Shown here: piece after piece, positions 32,092 to 42,921 of the stretch
Layout: every line of letters starts with the position of its first letter
Numbering within the stretch: position 1 is the first letter of the stretch
Origin: an uncultured Solirubrobacterales bacterium
GTDB lineage: Bacteria > Actinomycetota > Thermoleophilia > Solirubrobacterales > Solirubrobacteraceae
Length of the DNA: 64,000 bases
Assembly: GCA_963763525.1 (NCBI GenBank)
Contig: CAVXPA010000007.1
Location: 22,676-86,675, forward strand
Reading direction: 5' to 3'
Notes under the pieces: generated by a model
Seen by the model: only the letters and a program-made list of their open reading frames with translations
What the model was told of the DNA's origin: nothing
Database searches by the model: none
Made by a program: the position numbers and the translations under genes

Positions 32092-33315
32092 TCAGGCTTG
32101 TCCGGCCGCGCGCTCCTGCTGGCTCGTGTCGCGCGGCTCCTGCCGGCCCGTCTCGCGTAGCTCGCGCTCGGCCTGATGGGCGGCGATCGCCTTCTCGACT
32201 GCCGCGACCGACGTGTCCATCAGCCCCGGCCGGTTGGCGGCGGACCAGTCACGACTACCGATCGTGCGATCGGCTGAGCCTTGGAACCTCGGCATCACCT
32301 CGCGCGCGAACAGCTCATATGACGCGAGCGTGGCTTCGCGATCGGCCCACTCATGACCCATGAACAGATACGTGCCGAAGCCTCCGCTCTGCTCGACGAG
32401 CGCCGCGATCTGGGCAATCGCCATCTCAGGCGTGCCGATCACGGCCACGCCGGAGGCGTTCATCGCGTCCACGAAGGTCGGGTGATCGGCGGTCTCGGGG
32501 GCGATTGGCAGGGCGGCGACCTTCTGGAAGTACTCGATCCAGCCGGCCAGGCCGTGCTCGACGTCCGCCTTCGCTTGTTGCTCGGTCTCGCGGATGTGCA
32601 TCGGCCCGACGAGTCTCCACTTACGCCGGTCACACGGAACCTCGTACTGTGCGGCCTGCTGCTCCAGCACGCTCCAATGCGCGCCGAGCAGGTCGAAGCC
32701 GCGCACGGTGGTTGCCCCGAGGCTCAGAAGCGAGGCGCCGAAGCGCCCGGCGGCACGTGGTCCGGCGGGCGATATCTGCGCGGCAACCGCGATCTCGAAG
32801 CACGGGTGTGTGTACGGCCGCAGCTGCAGGCGCGCCTCTCTCAATGTGAACCAGTCCGTCACCATGTCAACGGGCTCGTCAGCCCTCAGCAGAGCGATGA
32901 TCGCCTCCAGCGCCTCCTCCATCATCTCCCGTTGACGGCTCGGCTCGATGCCCATCATGAAAGCGTCCGAGGGCAGCGCTCCGGGTCCAACGCCGAACAT
33001 GACGCGTCCTCGCGTCAGATGGTCGAGCAGCACCATCCGATCGGCCAGGATCAACGGATGGTGAAACGGGAGCGTGCTGACGCCGGTTCCGAGCCGGATG
33101 TTCCTGGTCCGTTGAGAGACGACAGCGATGAACACCTCAGGGGAAGCGATGAGCTCCCATCCGGCCGAGTGATGCTCGCCGAACCACGCCTCGTCGTAAC
33201 CCAGCTCGTCCAGGCGCACGATCAGCTCCAAGTCGCGCTCGAGCGCCAGCGTCGGGTTCTGCCCGGCAGGGTGAAACGGAGCGAGGAAGATGCCGAATCG
33301 CAGCGGCCAGTCCAT
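32092..33315 (-). CDS. LLM-class flavin-dependent monooxygenase (limonene 1,2-monooxygenase-like)
   Basis: LRFGIFLAPFH, EAWFGEHHSAG, IRLGTGV, LDHLTRGRVMFGVGPGALPSDA, SYELFAREVMP. Confidence 0.9.
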   Translation of the reverse strand: MDWPLRFGIFLAPFHPAGQNPTLALERDLELIVRLDELGYDEAWFGEHHSAGWELIASPEVFIAVVSQRTRNIRLGTGVSTLPFHHPLILADRMVLLDHLTRGRVMFGVGPGALPSDAFMMGIEPSRQREMMEEALEAIIALLRADEPVDMVTDWFTLREARLQLRPYTHPCFEIAVAAQISPAGPRAAGRFGASLLSLGATTVRGFDLLGAHWSVLEQQAAQYEVPCDRRKWRLVGPMHIRETEQQAKADVEHGLAGWIEYFQKVAALPIAPETADHPTFVDAMNASGVAVIGTPEMAIAQIAALVEQSGGFGTYLFMGHEWADREATLASYELFAREVMPRFQGSADRTIGSRDWSAANRPGLMDTSVAAVEKAIAAHQAERELRETGRQEPRDTSQQERAAGQA

Positions 33316-33319
33316 CGTG

Positions 33320-34303
33320 TCAGTCACCCTCCGGGCAGCGCCCGGCGATGAAGTGACGGATCTCTCGGCTGAGCTCCTCGTCTTCTGGCGTCCCCCCCAT
33401 GAACCCGCCGTGCGGCGCCGCTTCCAGGACATGTAGTTCGGCCGGAACCCCGACCGCCCTCAATGCCCGGTGCATCCGAACCGTATTCGATAGGAAGAGG
33501 TCTCGGGTCCCGCACGCCAGCAGCGTTGGCGGAAAGCCTTTGGAGAAGTCGCCGAACAGCGGCGAGAGGTACGGGTCGTGCAGATCGTGCCCGCCCGCGT
33601 ACAGGAGGTTGGCGGGCATCAGGCTGGCGGTCAACATCATGTCCACCCCCAGGTTCGTCTGGAAGCTGTCTCCCGACTCGGTGAGATCGACCTCGGGAGT
33701 TATCAGGACGACGGCGGCGGGCAGCGGAAGTCCCTCGTCTCGCGCTCGCAGGATGAGCGCCGCCGCCAAGTTGCCGCCCGCAGAGGTGCCACCGACCACG
33801 ATCTTGCTCGGATGCCATTGCTCGAGCAGCGCCCGGTACGCCGCGAGGCAATCGTCGAGCGCCGCGGGATACGGATGCTCCGGCGGCATTCGGTAGTCAG
33901 GGCACCAGACCGGCATCAAGACATCCGCGGCCGTGTGCATGCCCATTGCCCGACAGCACTCACCATGTCCGGAGTTCAATCCCCCCCCGTGCAGGTCGAG
34001 GTAGACCCGTCGATCGTGTGCGGCGCTCCCACCGGGGTTGATCACGAACACGTTCACGCCGTCGACGTCACGTTCTCGCACGTCGAGGTCACCGAAGGAC
34101 CTCGACGCCAGCATCCCGAGAATCCGCTGCTCTTTGAACGCGATCAGGCTCTTCCAACCGTCGAAATCGTCAAGCGCCGGGTATTCAGGCACTGGCACAG
34201 GCCCGATCGCGAGCACGGCTTGCGCCTCCGGGCTGATCGACGTCGGTACCGGGATGAACCGCGCCGGCACTTCCAGCGCTGGTTGGGTCTCGCTGGCTGT
34301 CAT
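33320..34303 (-). CDS. HSL-family esterase / lactone hydrolase
   Basis: HGGG, DYRMPPEHPYPAALDD, GTSAGG, GTRD, PHG. Confidence 0.9.
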   Translation of the reverse strand: MTASETQPALEVPARFIPVPTSISPEAQAVLAIGPVPVPEYPALDDFDGWKSLIAFKEQRILGMLASRSFGDLDVRERDVDGVNVFVINPGGSAAHDRRVYLDLHGGGLNSGHGECCRAMGMHTAADVLMPVWCPDYRMPPEHPYPAALDDCLAAYRALLEQWHPSKIVVGGTSAGGNLAAALILRARDEGLPLPAAVVLITPEVDLTESGDSFQTNLGVDMMLTASLMPANLLYAGGHDLHDPYLSPLFGDFSKGFPPTLLACGTRDLFLSNTVRMHRALRAVGVPAELHVLEAAPHGGFMGGTPEDEELSREIRHFIAGRCPEGD

Positions 34304-34447
34304 CGGGGTCCTCTCTCCGACGCTTCGGCGTCACCGATCCTCGCGTGGCGCCCCCGAAAGCTGCGGGCAGCCGCCCGCGTCCCGCGGAATCATAATGAGC
34401 GCGAACTGCGCCTCGAGCTCGATATCACTTTCTGATTCTGCAACAAT

Positions 34448-35386
34448 ATGCGTGTGATATCGGATACCGGCGCGACGAGCGAAGTGCTCAACGGGCGACT
34501 CCCGGACTCGGGAGATGCGCATGCGCAACGGCGCGGACGGGTGATCGCCGGCCTGTCTGCAGCGGCGGGCGTGCTCGCGGTGGTCGCGATCGGGATCGCG
34601 CTGACCGCGATCGGCGCGAGCAGTCACACCACGCCGCTGACCGTCGCCGGCATCGTCCTGTTCGTGCTCGCCAGCCCGCTCCTCGGCGGGTTCTTCGTCG
34701 TACAGCCCAACGAGGCCCGCGTCCTGATCCTGTTGGGGCGTTACGTCGGGACCGTGACCCAGGCGGGCTGGTGGTGGTGCACACCGCCGACCAAGCGCGA
34801 GACGGTCTCCCTGCGAGTGCACAACTTTCAAACGGATCGGATCAAGGTCAACGACGCGAGCGGCAACCCGATCGAGATCGCCGCGGTTGTCGTCTGGCGC
34901 GTCACCGACACCGCCAAGGCAGTGTTCGACGTCGCGGACTACGAGCAGTTCGTGGCCGTACAGAGCGAGACGTCGCTGCGTCACCTCGCCAGCGAGTACC
35001 CGTACGACGACTACAAACAGGACTCGGCCTCGTTGCGCGGCAACGCCGACGTGGTTCGCCATGGCCTCCAGGCGGAGCTCCAGGCCCGATTGCAGCTCGC
35101 CGGAATCGAGATCCTCGAGACGCGCCTGACGCACCTCGCCTATGCGCCCGAGATAGCCGAGGTGATGCTCCGGCGCCAGCAGGCGGAGGCGATCCTCGCC
35201 GCGCGCAAGACGATGGTCCAGGGTGCTGTCAGCCTCGTGCAGATGGCCGTCGCGCAGCTCGCCGACTCCGACCTCATCGAGCTCGACCCCGAGCGCAAGG
35301 CGACGATGGTCTCGAACCTGATGGTCGTCCTTTGCGGCGATCACACGCCCACCCCGGTCATCAACACCGGCAGCCTGTACACGTGA
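34448..35386 (+). CDS. SPFH/band 7 domain membrane protein
   Basis: Two TMs, [59 protein letters not shown]. Start uncertain. Confidence 0.92.
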   Translation: MRVISDTGATSEVLNGRLPDSGDAHAQRRGRVIAGLSAAAGVLAVVAIGIALTAIGASSHTTPLTVAGIVLFVLASPLLGGFFVVQPNEARVLILLGRYVGTVTQAGWWWCTPPTKRETVSLRVHNFQTDRIKVNDASGNPIEIAAVVVWRVTDTAKAVFDVADYEQFVAVQSETSLRHLASEYPYDDYKQDSASLRGNADVVRHGLQAELQARLQLAGIEILETRLTHLAYAPEIAEVMLRRQQAEAILAARKTMVQGAVSLVQMAVAQLADSDLIELDPERKATMVSNLMVVLCGDHTPTPVINTGSLYT

Positions 35387-35398
35387 GCGTCAGCTGAG

Positions 35399-35701
35399 AT
35401 GCCCGAGAGCAAGAAGTTCCTGCTCCGACTCGACCCACGCCTGTTCGAGGTGCTGCGCCGCTGGGCCGATGACGATCTGCGCAGCATCAACGCGCAGATC
35501 GAGTACCTGCTCGCCGACCAGGCCCGTCGCGCCGGGCGCCTGCCCAAGCTGAGCACGCGACGGCCCGCCGGCGAGCCCACCACCGGCGAGCCATCCACCG
35601 AGGCGCTCTCCGCCGACGAGCTCTCCGCCGACGAGCTCGCCGGCGAGCTCGACGCGCTCGAGCAGACGACGGACGCGACGGGCGCGCGAGCGCGTCACTG
35701 A
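35399..35701 (+). CDS. Arc-like ribbon-helix-helix protein
   Basis: KKFLLRLDP...RRWADDDLRSINAQIEYLL; the usual partner gene downstream of this SPFH family. Confidence 0.8.
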   Translation: MPESKKFLLRLDPRLFEVLRRWADDDLRSINAQIEYLLADQARRAGRLPKLSTRRPAGEPTTGEPSTEALSADELSADELAGELDALEQTTDATGARARH

Positions 35702-36857
35702 ACCGCCTGGCGCGGCGCGTGCCGTCTGCCGTGCTCGAGCGCGCGCGTTCCGGCGTCGATCGCACTCGCGAATGACACCTCTGCGAGGCAGCCCGGCGCC
35801 GCGACCTGGTCGCCGCACAGGAAGACGCCGTCGCCGCGATCGATCGCGGGACGATCGCGCCAGCTCGTGCCGGGGAAGTCGAGCGCGCCGCTGCGGCCGT
35901 CCATCACCTGCCGCCGGCGCCACGTGACGCGAGCGCGCCAGTCCTCGAAGGAGACGTCGAGAAGCTCCTCCAAGCGCTTCGCGGCATCGTCGGCGCCCTC
36001 TCCGCTGCGGATCGGCATCTGCGCCTGCACGAGCTGCTCGCCGTCAGGTGCCAGCGACGGATCCTGCGCGGTGTAGCGCTCGACCCAGCCCGCGGTCTCG
36101 AGGTCTGACACGACCCATGGATCGCCCCGCTTCCCGCGCACGCCGAGATCGAGGCAGGCCGTGCAGCCGCTCGGCCATTGGAGCGTCTCGTCGCCGAGCA
36201 GCCGACGCGCATCGCGCAGTTCGAGCGCGACGATCACGGGTGCTTCGGGCACCGCGTCGACGCGCTCGCCCGTCACGATCTGAACCTCGAGCTCGCGCGC
36301 GCGGCGCTCGAGCGCTGCGACCAGGATCCCCCAGCCGCCGACGACGAACCGCGCGGGCGGCCGCGGCGTGAGCAGCAGCCGCTCGGTGCGCTCCCAGACG
36401 AACGCGGCCGAGAGCTCGCCGGGGTCGTGGTAGAAGGTGTAGACGCCGGCCAGCGACGAGAGGAAGCCGCGGTCCGCTCATCGGCGTGATCCGCGACCCA
36501 CGAGTGAAAGTCCTGGTCGGCTGGAGCCGCCCGTCCGCGCAGTCGCAGTCCGGGCGGAATCATGCTCAGTGGCGGCGTGCGGTGAACTGCGCCGGCGTAG
36601 TGGAAGCGCACGCCGGTCAGCAGCGGCCGGGCGAGTGGCGGCATCAGGTTGCGCCGGGTCAGCCAGTCCCACAGCGCGCCGCCGGAGTAGATCGCGTGAG
36701 GCCCGAGATTGGCCTTGTATGGGCCGTCGTTGCTGCGTGCGCGCCCACCGAGCTGCTCGCTCGCCTCGAGCAACCGGACGCTCGCGCCGCTCTCGGCGCA
36801 GGTGATCGCGGCCGTCAGCCCCGCGAGCCCTCCTCCGATGACTGTTATTTCGCTCAT
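35695..36857 (-). CDS. FAD-dependent oxidoreductase (phytoene-dehydrogenase-like); frameshifts near 36460 and 36275
   Basis: ITVIGGGLAGL, LEASEQLGGRARS, NLGPHA; C-terminal GVFLCGDQVAAPGCLAEVSFAS. Confidence 0.82.
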
Positions 36858-36903
36858 GGCTGAGCACGGTACGCCGAATCTGGCCTTGCGTACAGTTCCA
36901 GTT

Positions 36904-38302
36904 ATGAGCCGTGTGACAGGGCCAGTTGGGGTGCTGGTCGAGCTCGACCGCCGTTCCGATCAACTGCTCTACGAGCAGCTCGAAGGGGCGCTTCGCGAAG
37001 CGATCCGCATCGGGCGCCTGGGCGCGGGCGCACCGCTGCCGTCGAGCCGCGGACTGGCCGCGGAGCTGGGGGTCTCCCGCGGCGTCGTGACCGCGGCATA
37101 CGACCAACTCGCCGCGGAGGGATACCTGGAGACGCGCCAGGGCGCACCGGTGCGCGTCGCGCGCGGAGTGCGCGCCCAGACGCCCAGGCACCCGGCGCCG
37201 TCGCTGCTCGCTAAGTTCGCGTACGAGTTCAGCCCTGGCCTCCCCGATCTCGCTGGGTTTCCACGCGATCGCTGGCTGCGCTCGCTGCGCGGCGCGTGGC
37301 GCGAGTCGACCCTGGACGCGATCGGGCAGGGCGATCCGCGGGGCGTCGCGGAGCTGCGCGAGGCGCTGGCCGATTACCTCGGCCGCGTTCGCGGCGCGGC
37401 GCCCGATCCGGAGCACCTCGTGGTCTGCACCGGCTTTCGCCAGGGTCTGTCGCTGACGTGCCGCTGGCTACACGCGAACGGCGTCGACTCCGTCGCGCTG
37501 GAGGACCCGGGTTGGCACGCCCAGCGTCTGATCGTCGAGGCGGCCGGCTTGGCGGTGACGCCGATCCCCGTCGACGACGAGGGCATCGACGTGTCGGCGC
37601 TCGAGGCCAGCGGGTCCGACGCCGTGGTCGTGACGCCGGCGCATCAGTTCCCGACCGGCGTCGTGCTCAGCGCCCGGCGCCGGGCGGAGCTGATCGAGTG
37701 GGCCGAGCGTGGCGACCGGTTGATCATCGAGGATGACTACGACGCGGAGCTGTGCCGCGAGCGGGTCGGCGCGCTCCAGGGCCTGGCACCCGACCGCGTG
37801 CTCTACATCGGCTCGGCCAGCAAGCGGCTCACCCCCGGGATGCGACTCGGCTGGATGCTGCCACCGTCGTGGCTCTCCTGGGCGCTGATCATCGCCAAGG
37901 CGGTCGAGGATGCCGGTTCGGAGATCGCCAGCCAGCTCGCGCTCGCCGACTTCATCGCCCGGGGCGAGCTCGAACGCCACCTGCGCCGTATGCGGCTGCG
38001 CTATGAGCAGCGGCGCCAGGCGCTGGCGGACGCGCTCACGCGCGAGCTACCGACTTGGCGGCCGTTGACCGGCCGGCGGCGGGCTGCATCTGGCGGTCCT
38101 GCTCCCGAGCGACGTCGACGAGCCGGCGCTGCTGGCGGCTGCGGCCCGCCGCAACGTCGGTATCGAGGGGCTCTCGCTGCACAGCTACACCGGAGACTGC
38201 CCGGCCGGGCTCGTGCTCGGCCACGCCTACATGTCCGAGCCCGCGATCGCCCGCGGCGTCCGGTTGCTGGCCGAGACGCGGGCGGGGCTAGGGGTGCGCT
38301 AG
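36904..38302 (+). CDS. MocR/GabR-type GntR regulator with PLP-aminotransferase domain; frameshift near 38070
   Basis: LPSSRGLAAELGVSRGVV...AYDQLAAEGY, VTPAHQFPTG, IIEDDYD, GSASK, RLGW. Confidence 0.9.
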
Positions 38303-38303
38303 C

Positions 38304-39143
38304 TCACTGGATCCGCTCGTTGCCGATGATCGTGCAGCGGTGCATCTCGCGCCGCGAATCGCGGTCGTAGGGCACGGCGCGATGCACGACGCCGCAGTTG
38401 TCCCAGATGACCATGTCACCGACTGACCAGCTGTGCTGGAACACGCGATCGGCTGTCGTCGCCCGCTCCAGCAACTCGTCGAGCAGCGCACGGCTCTCGC
38501 CGGGCTCCATATCGATGACGTAATCGGTCGAGGCCCCGATCACGAGCGACTTGCGATCGGTCTTATGCGTCCACACCAGCGGGTGATCGTGTGAACCGCG
38601 CGCCGTCCAATCGGCCAGCTGCTCGGGCGTCGGGTTGGGGTGCAGCAACCGGCGGGCTGCGATCAGACTGTGGTGCACGCGGAGCGTTCCGAGCCGAGCT
38701 TTCTCCTCCTCGGTGAGCGCGTCGTAGGCCGAGTAGGTACTCGCGAACTCGGTCTCGCCGCCGCTGTCCGCGACTACCTTCGCGGTCAGGATCGTCGCCT
38801 TGACCGGCATGTCCTGATCGATCGTGCCATCGATGTGCCACTGGACGGTGCCCTCTACGTACTTCGCGTACGGGTTCTCGGGGTTGTAGCTCACCTCGTA
38901 GATCTCGGGAATCGGCCGGTCTGGCCAGCGCCGAACCTCCCCGAGCTTGCCGCAGAACGCCGCCTGCGTGTGATCGTCGATGTGCAGCTCGCGGAACACC
39001 AGCACGCCGTTGTCCTCGAGCGCCTCCATCACGGCCTGCGGCAGCGCCTCGTCGTCGCGCACCCGGTCGAGGTCGACCTCGAGCACCTCTGCCCCGACGG
39101 TCGCAGTCAGCTTCTCGGTCTTCAACGTCTCGGTGACGGACAT
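38304..39143 (-). CDS. TauD/TfdA-family Fe(II)/2-oxoglutarate dioxygenase
   Basis: VGAEV, GVLVFR, WHIDG (HxD), GGETEFAS, HPLV, WDNCGVVHRA, REMHR. Confidence 0.93.
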   Translation of the reverse strand: MSVTETLKTEKLTATVGAEVLEVDLDRVRDDEALPQAVMEALEDNGVLVFRELHIDDHTQAAFCGKLGEVRRWPDRPIPEIYEVSYNPENPYAKYVEGTVQWHIDGTIDQDMPVKATILTAKVVADSGGETEFASTYSAYDALTEEEKARLGTLRVHHSLIAARRLLHPNPTPEQLADWTARGSHDHPLVWTHKTDRKSLVIGASTDYVIDMEPGESRALLDELLERATTADRVFQHSWSVGDMVIWDNCGVVHRAVPYDRDSRREMHRCTIIGNERIQ

Positions 39144-42123
39144 CACGACTCCTTCTTGGTGGTCCTGCCGTGGAAGACAGCCGAGGTTCCGATCACGCGG
39201 CCCCTCGCATCGAGCGCCTGCACTTGGAATTCCTCGTAGTCCCGGCGCAGCGCGATCGTGGTCTCGAACCCCGACCTCGGCGCGCTGCGCACGACCGAGA
39301 GACCGCGCGTGCCATCGCCAGCCAGAACACGCCAGGACGAGACCCGGGTGGCGCCGTTCCAGCTCGCGTACACCGTCGCCTTCCCGTCGCTCTCGCGGGC
39401 CGCGGCCGCCGGAGGGTCGCTCGGGAGTCCGACCCACGGCTCGTACGTGGCTCGGTATGACTGGTCAGGCGACGGGAACTGGGCATCGAACACCAGCCGA
39501 CCCGACCGCGTATACTCGGACAGGTTCGGCTGCGATCCCCAGCCGACGAAGACGTCACCATCCGCCAGCGGCTGGGTGCTGCCCATGTAGGAGGCATCGA
39601 AGCCGGAGCCGTGGCTGTACTGCGCCGTCAGCGTCGCCGTGTGCGCGTGGGTGTCGAGCCTGAGCACGAGCCCGCGCGACGGGCCGCTCGGTGTGACGAA
39701 CGTGCCGCCGCCGGTGATCTGACAGCAGTGATCGTCGAACAGGGTGACCGTCGAGCTCGACTGCAGTGTCACGTCGTGCTGCCATTGGAATGCGGCGCCG
39801 GGGCCGAACGCGAAGCTCGAGTGCCGGCCGCCGAGTGTCCACTCGATGTCGCCGTTGTAGATGTTGACGAGGTACGCAGCCCACGTATTGCGCATCGAGA
39901 CGAGAAACGTCCCGTGACCCGTCAGGTCGATCGCGTTCACGTGGTAGGCGTCCCACGGGAAGCCGTTCGTGGGCAGCGTGGCGTAGGAATCGCTCAGCGG
40001 AATGTGAGCGAGTGCGTCCCACGTGCGCAGCAGCTTGCCGGTCTTGAGGTTGTACTCCTGGACCGCCGAGTCCGTCAACGCACCGTTGTAAGCGCCACCG
40101 TACCTCGACAGGTTCATCGGGATGTCCTTGTTCGCGGTCACCCACGCATCGTCACCGCTGATCACGAGCGAATGAAGCGTGAGGATCCAGCCGTCCGCCC
40201 CCTCAGCGTTGCGATCGTCTTGTAGTGCTGGTCGACGACCACGTCCTCGCCGCTCTGCGTCGCGCCCGTGGTCGTGACCACGCCCTGCCACCACGCCAGT
40301 GCCGGTTTGCCGTGATAGCTCTGCAAGCTGAGGTTTGACGCGAGCTCGGTCTTCGGCACGGGCTTGAACCAGACGGGCTGCAGGTGATCGTCGAGGATCA
40401 AGGGGCCACTCTGGCCGACCATCGGGTGCTGCGTCAGGTCATAGGTGCTGGCGACGAACACGTAGCCGTGGCCGACGGCACCGGAGTCGGCGCTCCCATC
40501 GCCGAGAACCTTCGGCGGGTGCAGGCTCGGCGCCGAGATGAAGCTGTAGGCACCGTTCGTCGTGTACGCGCCGATCGGAGCCCCCTTGTAGCTGGTCGCG
40601 ATGAAGCTGATCACGGCGATGCCCGCGATCGCGACAGCGACTCCAGCGAGGAGCCCGCTCCGGCGAACCGAACGTCCCGCGGGCGCCGGGATCAACACGA
40701 ACGTGAGCACCGCGGCCACGGCAACGAGGCCGGCACCGATCAGATACGCGAGCCGGAAGCCCTCGGTCAGCGCTTCCGGGACGGTCCGATTCGCGCCGAT
40801 CAGGTGCGTCGTGTACTCGGTCGCGATCGTGATCAGGAACGCGAGGCCGAGGCCACCGCCGATCTGGCGCGAGGTGTTGACCAAGCCGGACGCCAGACCG
40901 GCTTGGCCCTCCTTGGCGCCTTGGGTGGCGGCGATCGTCGACGGCACGACCGAGAAGCCGATTCCGGCCGCTGTGATCAGGCCTGGGATGAGGATGTATG
41001 CGATCGCACTGCCGGTGGCTTCGATGCGCGCGAACAGCAGCATCCCGGCGGTCATCATCAGGAGCCCGCTCCCGAGCACCAAGCGGACGCCGTACCGGGT
41101 CACGAGCTTCCCGGCGCGCGAAGCGCAGAAGAAGATCGTCAGCGCCATCGGCAGGAACGTCAGGCCGGTGTGAAGCGGCGAGAGGCCGAGCACCTGCTGC
41201 AGGTAGAGCGAGCCGACGTACCACATCGGGAACAGCGCCGCGCTGAACAGCAGGACGATCCCGTTCGCGGTCACGAGCGGCTTCGTCAGCGCCTTGAACG
41301 GGACCAGCGGCGCCTTGGCGACGCGCGCCTCGATCAGGCAGAACAGCGCGAGCAAGGCCACGCCGATCAGGATCGGGACCACGGCGCGCGGCGAGCTCCA
41401 GCTGAACACACCGGCTTCGATCACTCCGTACACGAGCACCATCTGACCGATCGTCAGGGTCAGGGCGCCGCCGACGTCGAAGCCCGCTCCCTCGCGCGCC
41501 CGGCGGCGGTCCTTGACGACGAAGTAGGCCACAGCGGCCGCCGCGATCCCGATCGGCGGGTTGATCAACAGCACCCACCGCCACGTGAGCTCCTGGGTGA
41601 TGATCCCGCCGAGCAGCACGCCCGCCGCGCCGCCGGCGCCGTTCATCGCACCCCACATGCCGATCGCGCGATGAAGCTGAGGTCCGGGCGGGAACGAGGA
41701 CGTGATGATCGCCAGCGACGAGGCCGCCATCACAGCCGCCGCGAGGCCCTGCAGCGCACGCGCGGCGATCAACATCTCCTGGTCGACGGCGGCGCCGCCG
41801 AGCAGCGACGCGACCGAGAATCCGACGAGCGCGGCGACGAACGTCTTGCGCTGGCCCAGCTGGTCGGCCAAACGGCCGCCGAGCATCAGGAAGCCCGCGA
41901 ACGAGATCGCGTACGCGTCGATCACCCACTGCAGCTCGGAGGCCGAGAACGACAGGCTCGACTGGATCGACGGCAGCGCGACGTTGACGATGCTCAGGTC
42001 GAGGATGACCATGAACTGGGCCACGCAGCAGACGACCAGGAGCCACGGCGACGGCAAGCTCGGTCCCGCCGGTCCGGGGGCCTCGGTCGGCGGGGCTGGG
42101 GCCTCGACGGCAGCCTCGCTCAT
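39143..42123 (-). CDS. DHA2 MFS transporter fused to an arylsulfotransferase (ASST)-like beta-propeller; frameshift near 40200
   Basis: ILDLSIVNVALPSI...WRWVLLINPP...NTSRQIGG, continuing in frame into SAPSLHPP...GPLILDD...VWFKP. After the shift: DAYHVNAI, SMRNT, WQHD, LFDD, MGSTQ, YASWNGAT, GFET. Confidence 0.85.
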
Positions 42124-42182
42124 CCCCCCTTGCGCGGTGGCCGCCGCGCCGTGCGTCCGTTCATCGCCCTCTTGCATCAGCC

Positions 42183-42232
42183 ATGACCTCTTTCACGGCC
42201 CCGGCAGCAATGACCTCTTTCACGGCCCCGGC
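42183..42232. repeat. Direct repeat, 23 bp x2 (27-bp period)
   Basis: ATGACCTCTTTCACGGCCCCGGC at 42183 and 42210. Confidence 0.9.
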
Positions 42233-42441
42233 GCGATCCACAGCCGGCGCGCTGGCAAGCGCCGGACGTGCAGCGAACGATCGGGACCGCTACTGGACTA
42301 ATACGATAGCTTAAAGTTCAAATCGTGCGCCCACCGCACAGTGGCGCGTGTTCGTCTCGACGGCCGCAGCCGCAGGATTGCACAAATTCCGGCACCCTGT
42401 AACTTGAGGGACGCAGATTTCGTGCAAGATCGGAGGGGCTC

Positions 42442-42921
42442 GTGAAACGAGCGATATTGATGACCGTGGCCGCCGGCATGGTGGCGGCTGGCTGCGGCGG
42501 GACCGCCGCGTACACCGCCACGACCTACACGCCGATAGCGTCGACCCCCCAGACGACCACTCACCCCGCGACCGCCAACCCGCCGCGCAAACGCGCCGTC
42601 CATCATCACAAGGCTCGGCCGGCCACGCGCCCCCACACGACGACGACGCCCCCGCCGACGACCACGCAGGCGCCGGTCACGACCCAGGCTCCGGTCACGA
42701 CTCAGTCTCCGCCGCCCGTGACGCAGGCACCGCCTGACACCACGCAGGCGGCTCCACCACCGACGACGACGCAGGCCCCGCCCGCGACGCAGCCCACGTC
42801 CACGGCGCCGAGCACGACGGGCTCTCATTCGCAATCGGGTAGTTCCAGCTCGGGGAAGAAGAAGAGCGGCGGCGGCTCAGGCGGGAGCTCGGGCACGCCG
42901 ATCAGCAAGCAGGGGTATTAG
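42442..42921 (+). CDS. Pro/Thr-rich low-complexity lipoprotein
   Basis: GGAGG RBS; MKRAILMTVAAGMVAAGC lipobox; TTQAP repeats. Confidence 0.7.
   Translation: MKRAILMTVAAGMVAAGCGGTAAYTATTYTPIASTPQTTTHPATANPPRKRAVHHHKARPATRPHTTTTPPPTTTQAPVTTQAPVTTQSPPPVTQAPPDTTQAAPPPTTTQAPPATQPTSTAPSTTGSHSQSGSSSSGKKKSGGGSGGSSGTPISKQGY

Noticed and set aside
35399-35701. RHH protein as the antitoxin of a toxin-antitoxin pair
   Set aside because: No toxin gene is adjacent; it is the usual partner of this SPFH family.
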